Positions 25,327 to 32,000 of a DNA stretch of 32,000 nt are shown here, one piece after another. A program made the translations under genes and the position numbers. This DNA comes from Promethearchaeota archaeon (GTDB lineage Archaea > Asgardarchaeota > Lokiarchaeia > Sigyniarchaeales > Promethearchaeaceae). Position 1 is the stretch's first letter; the number at the start of each line of letters is the position of its first letter. The stretch covers positions 90,001 to 122,000 of the forward strand of contig JAFGBS010000002.1 of the NCBI GenBank assembly GCA_016933055.1. The letters are read 5' to 3'. The notes under the pieces are model-generated. The model did not search any database. It was not told the DNA's origin and saw nothing but the letters and a program-made list of their open reading frames with translations.

Positions 25327-26136
25327 ATGTCTTTAAGATCTGGTGGAGAAAAACGAGTTGATTTGGGCAAATTTACCATTGCCCGGTTATACAAGCAAAA
25401 TAAGAATGTAGAAATGATTGTAGAGCCGGAACAGGCATGGAATGCAAAAAAGAAAATTGACGCTCACATCCGTGCACTTAAAGAAGAGAATGAAAACGCA
25501 GAATTTAGTCTGGAAGACCTAAAACAAATGCCAGAAATCGACATTAATAATATTTTTGAAGGTTTTATTGTATTTGAAGACGCTATGCGTGGAAAAGAGC
25601 ATTCTGATTCAGATTTAGAACAACTCTTCGGTAGTACGGATCCGGTGGAAATTGCATACCAAATGCTCTATGATCGAGATACAGAATGGCAATGGACGAA
25701 AAAACAAAGAGATGAAAATTTTGAAAAGAAGAAGCGTCAAATTATTGCAATCATTGCAAAAAATTGCATAAATCCCCAAACTAAAAAGCCTCATCCCCCG
25801 CAACGAATAGAGAAAGCTATCACCGAAGCAAAATTTAATATTGATATTATAAAATCTGCGGAAGAGCAAGTAAAGAATGTAATTAGTGCAATTTCGTCAA
25901 TAATTCCCATCCGTATGGAAAATATTGAGTTAGCTGTAAAAATTCCAGCTAGTTATGCAGCAAAATCTTATAATATTGTGGAACGTTACGGTAAAATTAA
26001 AAAGGACGAATGGCAGAATGATGGGTCATGGGTAGGAATCGTGGATCTTCCTGCAGGCATGGAAGCAGAATTTTTAGATAAGATAAATAAGCTTACCCAT
26101 GGCCGTGTACAAATAAAAATACTAAATCGATCATAA
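25327..26136 (+). CDS. Ribosome maturation factor SBDS/Sdo1 with an insertion in domain I
   Basis: VF.DA..G, FGSTD..EIA, INPQTKKPHPPQRIEKA, AEEQV..VIS.I..IIPIR and W..DGSW...V..PAG; syntenic position after psmA. Confidence 0.93.
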   Translation: MSLRSGGEKRVDLGKFTIARLYKQNKNVEMIVEPEQAWNAKKKIDAHIRALKEENENAEFSLEDLKQMPEIDINNIFEGFIVFEDAMRGKEHSDSDLEQLFGSTDPVEIAYQMLYDRDTEWQWTKKQRDENFEKKKRQIIAIIAKNCINPQTKKPHPPQRIEKAITEAKFNIDIIKSAEEQVKNVISAISSIIPIRMENIELAVKIPASYAAKSYNIVERYGKIKKDEWQNDGSWVGIVDLPAGMEAEFLDKINKLTHGRVQIKILNRS

Positions 26137-26146
26137 TTGAGAAAAA

Positions 26147-26887
26147 ATGACAGAAAATAATCATGAAATTCGTGAGATCGTCATCCCAGGGGAAATATTA
26201 ACGGAAGATAAGAGTTTTATTCCTGGGAGAGGCGCTATTCGACAAGGGGATAGAATTATCTCCATATATATCGGATTGAAAGAAGTCCGAGGAAAATACA
26301 TCAATGTTGTTCCTTTACGCGGTAAATATCGTCCAGAGATCGGTGATAAGGTGATCGGGAAAATCGTTGATATTACTAGCGTAAAATGGCGGGTTGATAT
26401 TAATGCAAAAGACACCGGGATTTTAAAACCCCGTGATGCCATTGACGTCTATGATAAACGTTCACAACGAGGAAGAAAAAAATCATCCAGAGAACTTGAA
26501 GCAGAAGCGATGAAGATGTATGAATTGGGAGATATGTTAATCGCTAACGTAGTTTCTGTGGATCGGGTGAGTGATCCCGTATTAACTACTGTGGGAGAAT
26601 CACTCGGGAAAATTGATGAAGGGACTATTATTGGTATCGATGTTCCCAAAATCCCACGCATTATTGGAAAAAAAGGTAGTATGATTAAGTTACTGAAAGA
26701 TTTAACTACTTGCCGTTTATTTATTGCAAAAAATGGATTGGTGTGGGTTAAGGGGGCCACGTCCGAATATGAAAAATTATGTATTGAAGCAATTCGAAAA
26801 ATCGAGCGAGAAGCTCATACTACAGGATTAACTGATAGAATAAACTATTATATTCAAGAAAAGAAAAAGGAAAGAGGTTTAAAATGA
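26147..26887 (+). CDS. rrp4: Exosome RNA-binding cap subunit Rrp4 (S1 + KH)
   Basis: VIPGE.L, YRPEIGDKVIGKI, WRVDIN, PRIIGKKGSMI and A.NG.VWV. Confidence 0.96.
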   Translation: MTENNHEIREIVIPGEILTEDKSFIPGRGAIRQGDRIISIYIGLKEVRGKYINVVPLRGKYRPEIGDKVIGKIVDITSVKWRVDINAKDTGILKPRDAIDVYDKRSQRGRKKSSRELEAEAMKMYELGDMLIANVVSVDRVSDPVLTTVGESLGKIDEGTIIGIDVPKIPRIIGKKGSMIKLLKDLTTCRLFIAKNGLVWVKGATSEYEKLCIEAIRKIEREAHTTGLTDRINYYIQEKKKERGLK

Positions 26888-27840
26888 CGATATTAATACC
26901 AGAAGAATACCCCAAAAAACTGATAGATAAAAATGGGAAACGATTAGATGGACGAGCTTTGGATGAATTACGACCTTTCAGTTGTAAAATTGGGGTTCTT
27001 GCCAATGCTGATGGTTCAGCTTATGTGGAGCATGGAAAAAATAAAATCTATGCCGGTGTGTATGGACCTCGAGAGGTTCACCCCCGACATTTGGCACGAC
27101 CCGATAGAGGAATTATCCGAGTAGATTACCGGATGACCACCTTTTCCGTCCATGAACGGAAAAGCCCTGCTCCCAATCGACGAGAACGAGAAATATCAAA
27201 GATAATCGAAGATGCGTTAGCACCCACGTTATTTTTGGAATTATACCCCAATTCAGCTATTGAAGTATATGTACAAGTAATAGCTGCCGATGGTGGAACA
27301 CGCTGTGCAAGTACGACAGCCGCTTCCCTTGCACTGGCAGATGCGGGTTTACCGCTGAAATCATTGGTAGCAGCCGTTGCAGCAGGAAAAGCGGATGGTG
27401 AAATTATATTAGATTTGGGAGATCTGGAGGATAAAGCAGGAACGGCAGATGTTCCGGCAGCAGTACGCATGATTGATGAAGAATTCACTTTACTTCAATT
27501 CGATGGGGAGATGACTCCTGAGGAGTTTGAAAAATCTATTAAACTCATTAAAAAAGGTGCTCGAGAAATATTTGCAAAACAAACTGCAGCAATAAAGGAA
27601 AAATTTGATACTGTACGCAAAGAAACGGAAGAAGAGAACAAAAAGATTGAAAAATTGGTACCGCCTGAAGAAAAAATAACCCATGCGAGTGGTACTAAAG
27701 AAGAAGAAAAAGCTGGAGAAGAGAAATCAGATAAAGCAGAGGAGATCAAGGAAGAAAAAGAAGACCCCTCAGATACAAAAGAAGAAGAAAAGAAACCGAA
27801 AAAAGAGAAAGAGGAAAAGAAATCGGAGGAGAATAAATAA
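26884..27840 (+). CDS. rrp41: Exosome catalytic subunit Rrp41 with ~70-aa highly charged C-terminal tail
   Basis: RLDGR..DELRP, ADGSAY.E.G.NK, GPREVHPRH, RRERE.S, DGGTRCA and DL..LED; ATGA overlap with rrp4. Confidence 0.96.
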   Translation: MTILIPEEYPKKLIDKNGKRLDGRALDELRPFSCKIGVLANADGSAYVEHGKNKIYAGVYGPREVHPRHLARPDRGIIRVDYRMTTFSVHERKSPAPNRREREISKIIEDALAPTLFLELYPNSAIEVYVQVIAADGGTRCASTTAASLALADAGLPLKSLVAAVAAGKADGEIILDLGDLEDKAGTADVPAAVRMIDEEFTLLQFDGEMTPEEFEKSIKLIKKGAREIFAKQTAAIKEKFDTVRKETEEENKKIEKLVPPEEKITHASGTKEEEKAGEEKSDKAEEIKEEKEDPSDTKEEEKKPKKEKEEKKSEENK

Positions 27841-28658
27841 TGGATACCCCCCAAGTCATTTCTACTGTCCAAAGGAAATACATATTGGATTTATTAAAAC
27901 AAGGAAAAAGAATGGATGGAAGAGGCTTTTTAGACTTCCGTGAAGTAAGAATTGATGACGATTTAATTCCGAAAGCAGAAGGGTCCGCATCAGTACATTT
28001 AGGAGACTCATTCATCATCACAGGGATAAAATATGATGTAGGAACACCATTTCCAGATTCCCCAGATGAGGGTGTAGCTACATGTATGGCAGAATTCATT
28101 CCCTTTGCCTCTCCTATGTTTGAAAGTGGTCCCCCAGATGTCGAAGCCGTTGAAGTTGCACGTGTTGTAGATCGAGGAATCCGTCATGGAGATTGTATTG
28201 AATATAAAAAACTCTGCATAAAAGCAGGAGAATTAGTATACATTTTGTTCATTGATATGTATGTAATGAACCATGCTGGTAATTTAATTGATACTGGTGC
28301 GATCTCATCTATGACAGCTTTGTTAACAACAAAATTACCCACAGCTAAAATTGAAGATGGGAAAGCAGTATGGAATGGGGGGTATATGCTAGTTCCCATC
28401 AATCAAATTCCCCTTTCTGTGACCTTTGGAAGAATCCAAGATTATGTATTCGTTGATCCGGTTATTGACGAAGAACTTGTGCTAGATGGTCGTGTTTCTT
28501 TTGCAGTTAATGAGAAAGGTCAAATTTGTTCTATGCAGAAATCCGGAGAAATAACTTGGACAGAAGAGGAACTGATTAAATATTCCAAGATAGCTGTAGA
28601 AAAAGTGAATGAATTGCGAAATAAATTAAATTTGCGGCAATATGTGCCAAAACTCTAA
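27840..28658 (+). CDS. rrp42: Exosome subunit Rrp42
   Basis: RMDGR...DFR, AEGSA.V.LG, PFPDSPDEG, ESGPP, ARVVDRGIR and GNLID; TAATG overlap with rrp41. Confidence 0.96.
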   Translation: MDTPQVISTVQRKYILDLLKQGKRMDGRGFLDFREVRIDDDLIPKAEGSASVHLGDSFIITGIKYDVGTPFPDSPDEGVATCMAEFIPFASPMFESGPPDVEAVEVARVVDRGIRHGDCIEYKKLCIKAGELVYILFIDMYVMNHAGNLIDTGAISSMTALLTTKLPTAKIEDGKAVWNGGYMLVPINQIPLSVTFGRIQDYVFVDPVIDEELVLDGRVSFAVNEKGQICSMQKSGEITWTEEELIKYSKIAVEKVNELRNKLNLRQYVPKL

Positions 28659-28659
28659 A

Positions 28660-28672
28660 TTTTCTTTTTTTT
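28660..28672 (+). terminator. T-rich tract after rrp42, candidate terminator or attenuator
   Basis: TTTTCTTTTTTTT just after the stop. Confidence 0.35.
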
Positions 28673-28762
28673 ACGATGCGTTCGGTATCTTTAGCGTGTG
28701 ACAAAATTTTTTAACTATCGCAAATACGCCTATTCATCTCTTTCATCAAGTGAACATAGATC

Positions 28763-29050
28763 ATGGCAAAAACTAAGAAAATGGGAATAACGGGTCGATA
28801 TGGTACGCGTTATGGATCACGTATACGTAAACGTGTACGCCAAGTTGAGGAATCCATGAAAGCACCTACGAAATGCCCCGTATGTGAAACCAAGGTATCC
28901 AAGAGAATCAGTACAGGTATTTGGTATTGTAAAAAATGTGGTGCAAAGTACACGGGAGGTAGTTATACACAAATGACTCAACCAGGTCTTGAATCACAAC
29001 GGATAGCCACTCGTGTCCAACGAGAACTTGAAGAAAAGTCAAAAGAATAA
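28763..29050 (+). CDS. rpl37ae: 50S ribosomal protein L37Ae (eL43)
   Basis: GRYGTRYG..IRK, CPVC...RISTGIWYCKKCG and TGGSY. Confidence 0.96.
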   Translation: MAKTKKMGITGRYGTRYGSRIRKRVRQVEESMKAPTKCPVCETKVSKRISTGIWYCKKCGAKYTGGSYTQMTQPGLESQRIATRVQRELEEKSKE

Positions 29051-29085
29051 TTCTCATAATTTTTCGATTTACTGGAAGTTGCTAC

Positions 29086-29349
29086 ATGCAAAAGTGGGTT
29101 ATTTATTGCGATCTAACCTTGGAATTTAAGTCCGCTCAAGATGCTTCTATATTTTATTCTTCCTATCTTCCCGAACATGGTACAATGCCTAAGAAACGAT
29201 CTAAGGTAACCTTAGCACAAAATGAAGCGAAAATTATATTTTCAGTAAAAGCGATGGATATCACTGCTTTCCGAGCTACCATCAACTCTCTACTGCAATT
29301 TAGTAATGTTGTGTTCCGAATTGTGGAAAAGGTTGATTCATTAAAATGA
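29086..29349 (+). CDS. pcc1: KEOPS complex subunit Pcc1
   Basis: 87 aa; RSKV.L......I.F.V.A.DITAFRATINSLL motif; conserved position before prefoldin beta. Confidence 0.8.
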   Translation: MQKWVIYCDLTLEFKSAQDASIFYSSYLPEHGTMPKKRSKVTLAQNEAKIIFSVKAMDITAFRATINSLLQFSNVVFRIVEKVDSLK

Positions 29350-29397
29350 TAAAATTCAAATGGTGGTAGATATAGGTCTATTTATCGCCAACAAAGG

Positions 29398-29766
29398 ATG
29401 AAAGAAATGTCTAACCAAAAAATCCCTCCGGCTCTCCAAGAGGAAATTAACCAAGCTCAAAAACTTGAAGAAGAATTACAAGTATTAAACTCCACAATTA
29501 GAGTCACCAAGAATAATATCACTGAAATAGAAAGTACGATCAAAGAATTAACAGAAACCGAAGACAACGTGGTGGTTTACAAGCTTGTAGGGCGTATTTT
29601 CATTAATTCTGAAAAACCTAAAGTTCTGGAGGATTTGAAAGATGATCTTAGTAACTTAGAAATGCGTCTTAAACGATTTGAGCGTAATTACGAGTCAAAG
29701 AAACAACAATTCGAAGAATTAGCAAAAAAAATAAATCAAAAAATACAAACTCAGTCGCAGGCCTAG
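29398..29766 (+). CDS. pfdB: Prefoldin beta subunit
   Basis: IPP.LQ, coiled coil, VYKLVGRIFI beta-hairpin, second coiled coil. The start may be 29407. Confidence 0.92.
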   Translation: MKEMSNQKIPPALQEEINQAQKLEEELQVLNSTIRVTKNNITEIESTIKELTETEDNVVVYKLVGRIFINSEKPKVLEDLKDDLSNLEMRLKRFERNYESKKQQFEELAKKINQKIQTQSQA

Positions 29767-29820
29767 ATCAAATAGAATTTAAAATACTCACTCTAATACG
29801 GTTGAGTTTTAGAAAGCAAC

Positions 29821-29839
29821 TGTTTTTCTTAGTTTTTTT
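29821..29839 (+). terminator. T-rich tract ending the superoperon
   Basis: TGTTTTTCTTAGTTTTTTT about 55 nt after the pfdB stop. Confidence 0.35.
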
Positions 29840-30026
29840 AACTTTATAATATCCATTTCCTGTAGATTCTTCGATAAAGGATTGTAAATAGCTTATTAAA
29901 GGATCCCTATAGGGATTGAATTACCTAGTAGTTCTGTAGTCTTATTTTCTAAGCCATCATCATCCATTATTATACGGGGAATGAGTTAATGAAATACTTA
30001 AATCAATTGCTAACGAGTCTTATGGT

Positions 30027-31076
30027 ATGGTTCACAAGATCAAAGTTGGACTTATTGGTTCGGGATTTATTGCAGAACATCACGTAAATGCCTACAAGCG
30101 ATTACCTAATGTAGAAATAATGGGAATTTCATCTTTAATGAAGCAAGAAGCTAAAAAATTAATGACAAAATATTCGATTCCAGGAGAACCCTTTGCCGAT
30201 TATACCAACCTATTGAAAATGGACCTAGATGTAGTATCGTTATGTATTCCCAATTTCCTTCACGAAACTGTTGGAATTGAAGCCTTAGAAGCACAAAAAC
30301 ACGTTTTAGTAGAAAAACCATTAACACGTACGACTAAAGAAGGAAAAAATTTGATCAAAACTGCAGATCGGACTGGAAAATCCATCTATTATTGTGAGAA
30401 CAATATGTATGCACCCTCATTTAGTAAGATAAAGGAAATAATTAAGGAAGGGGCTCTGGGTTCTATCTATATGGGAAGAGGTAAAGAGCAACATTCTGGT
30501 CCTCATAGTCAGTGGTTTTATAAAAAGAACGCATCAGGAGGAGGTGCATTGCTTGATCTAGGAATCCATGATATTGCTTTATTGCGTTGGTATCTTGATT
30601 CTAGAGTAGAAAGAGTATTTTGTCAAACAACCACCATCCAACCGGATAGAGGAAAATTTGGTAAGTGTGAGGTAGAAGATAATGCGATGGGCATATTATA
30701 TTTCGAAAATGGAGCCCAAGTGGTAATCGAAGAATCATGGACTGCACCAGGAGGATATGATATGAAAATCGAATTGTATGGTACAAATGGACAAATTATA
30801 GCGGACCCGTGCAGAATGACTCCAGTAACTGTCTACAGTGAAACTGGATATGGATATGCTGTAGAAAAAGCTAGTACTACCGCAGGATGGACCTTTCCCG
30901 TACCCGATGAACCACACACTTTTGGTTATCCCCAAGAGATTGCTCATTTCATCCATTGCATTAAATATGAGAAAAATCCACTAAGTCCTGGTACCTTCGG
31001 TTTAGAAATTCTTCAAATAATAGAAACCATGTACACGTCAGCCAAAACAGGAAAGATTGAACAGGTTCAATATTAA
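30027..31076 (+). CDS. Gfo/Idh/MocA-family NAD(P)-dependent oxidoreductase
   Basis: VGLIGSGFIA, HVLVEKP, GGGALLDLGIHD and VEDNA. TATA-like CTTAAA at 29997-30002. Confidence 0.9.
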   Translation: MVHKIKVGLIGSGFIAEHHVNAYKRLPNVEIMGISSLMKQEAKKLMTKYSIPGEPFADYTNLLKMDLDVVSLCIPNFLHETVGIEALEAQKHVLVEKPLTRTTKEGKNLIKTADRTGKSIYYCENNMYAPSFSKIKEIIKEGALGSIYMGRGKEQHSGPHSQWFYKKNASGGGALLDLGIHDIALLRWYLDSRVERVFCQTTTIQPDRGKFGKCEVEDNAMGILYFENGAQVVIEESWTAPGGYDMKIELYGTNGQIIADPCRMTPVTVYSETGYGYAVEKASTTAGWTFPVPDEPHTFGYPQEIAHFIHCIKYEKNPLSPGTFGLEILQIIETMYTSAKTGKIEQVQY

Positions 31077-31077
31077 T

Positions 31078-31641
31078 TTAATTGGTGATAATGGTCGAAG
31101 AGACTTTCATATTCACAGAAGCTTTTAATACCGTTTCTACCAATTTGAAAAAAGCCTTATCAATCTGAATATTTTCTTTTGCAGAGGTTTTAAGAAAGGA
31201 AAAAGCATTAATGCGGTTAGAAATCTGTTGAATGTCGTTATTGGAAATATCCTCTTGAAGATCACATTTATTTGCAATTAGCAAGGTAGGGATAGTCTCA
31301 GAAACATACTCCCTCGCATCCTTGTACCAAAAGTCTTGAATCTGATAAAATGTCCGTTTTCGACTTAAATCCCCCACAAATATCAAACCTTGACTTCCTG
31401 AATAATAGGTTTTGCGCATTGTTTCCCATCGGTCCTGACCCGCAACCTCAAATATATTGAGAGATACTAAATACGATTCATCATCGAGAGATAATTCGAT
31501 TTTCTTGATAAATACATTTGATCCTATAGTGGGACGATAATCACGTGCAAAAAGATTATCAACATACCGACGTATGAGTGAAGTTTTGCCCGTAGCGAAA
31601 TCCCCTATAATGCAAATCTTCATTTTTACTAATTGTGTCAT
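31078..31641 (-). CDS. Rab-like small GTPase with atypical ExxG G3 motif
   Basis: G1 GDFATGKTS, G2 PTIG, G3 FEVAGQ, YYSG, G4 ANKCD, G5 KTSAK. ATG 31641 preferred over 31680. Confidence 0.88.
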   Translation of the reverse strand: MTQLVKMKICIIGDFATGKTSLIRRYVDNLFARDYRPTIGSNVFIKKIELSLDDESYLVSLNIFEVAGQDRWETMRKTYYSGSQGLIFVGDLSRKRTFYQIQDFWYKDAREYVSETIPTLLIANKCDLQEDISNNDIQQISNRINAFSFLKTSAKENIQIDKAFFKLVETVLKASVNMKVSSTIITN

Positions 31642-31811
31642 ATGCCAACTATTCCCCTTGAAAGAAGAACGTATGATCACTCTTTTAATAGATACTTATT
31701 GGAAACTTTTTAAAAATAATTTAAATTCCCCAAATAATCACCATGACAGTTAATGATTTAAGATCGTGGTTCATTTTTATTGTCATAGAAAACTAAAAAA
31801 AAGTGAACAAT

Positions 31812-32000
31812 ATGAGTTTTTGGAGTGAAATTGATGATTTAATCGACAAGGGAAAGACAGACAAATCCGTGAAAATAGTAGCACAAGAATTAATTGATAT
31901 TCGGGCAGAAATGATCGAAGACAAAGCGAAATTAGAAACCCTTGAAATGGAATATGAAAAATTAAAGGAAGAAAATGCAGAACTGGCGAATTTGGCAGCT
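31812..32000 (+). CDS. N-terminus of a coiled-coil protein, truncated by the window edge
   Basis: ATG 31812 is open to the window end: MSFWSEIDDLIDKGKTDKSVKIVAQELIDIRAEMIEDKAKLETLEMEYEKLKEENAELANLAA, with heptad pattern. Divergent from the GTPase gene. Confidence 0.6.
   Translation, partial: MSFWSEIDDLIDKGKTDKSVKIVAQELIDIRAEMIEDKAKLETLEMEYEKLKEENAELANLAA

Noticed and set aside
27490-28099. Cluster of Ser/Phe-rich and Lys/Arg-rich ORFs (27490-27684, 27495-27872, 27683-27943, 27746-28099)
   Set aside because: These are by-products of the purine-rich low-complexity Rrp41 tail, which lacks stops in other frames.
756-31000. Many short antisense or alternate-frame ORFs in the track (e.g. 756-947, 1559-1864, 3360-3899, 4164-4466, 7015-7365, 9982-10287, 13685-14107, 15303-15743, 26161-26760, 27126-27488)
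   Set aside because: They lie entirely within well-supported genes and show no motifs or independent start signals, so they are shadow ORFs.
1-32000. CRISPR arrays, IS elements or transposases, prophage genes, rRNA, defence systems
   Set aside because: No repeat-spacer periodicity, terminal inverted repeats with transposase, or recognisable motifs were seen, and nearly all sequence is explained by the listed genes.

Overview
AT-rich archaeal chromosomal window, most consistent with an Asgard archaeon (Lokiarchaeia/Promethearchaeota-like). This is inferred from archaeal core genes (Hef, Rpo6, the proteasome-exosome superoperon) occurring together with eukaryotic-signature-like proteins: two Rab-like GTPases, a Rag-like GTPase with a C-terminal roadblock-like domain, and a profilin-like protein. 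Gene order: purM (truncated by the window edge) and purB; a DUF1922-like Zn protein, tldD and pmbA; a UDP-glucuronate decarboxylase-like gene and a Rab-like GTPase with a Zn-ribbon tail, head-to-head with the Rag-like GTPase; guaA; a decayed ZIP remnant tail-to-tail with intact zupT; M1 aminopeptidase; GNAT; a winged-helix protein and a 12-TM protein built from three tandem 4-TM modules; hef; an intron-containing tRNA-Val(CAC); rpo6; an FGGY kinase; a MazG-fold protein lacking the catalytic carboxylates; an unknown Zn-ribbon protein; tRNA-Val(UAC); DUF2110; the profilin-like gene; psmA-SBDS-rrp4-rrp41-rrp42-rpl37ae-pcc1-pfdB; a Gfo/Idh/MocA oxidoreductase; a second Rab-like GTPase; and the start of a coiled-coil protein. 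I saw no CRISPR array, transposase, integrase or rRNA. The strongest observations are the head-to-head Rab/Rag pair, the triplicated membrane protein, a 32-nt D-loop tRNA intron with a relaxed BHB/BHL motif, and a probable non-canonical AUA/AUU start codon. All family assignments come from motif recognition by eye; no database search was run.
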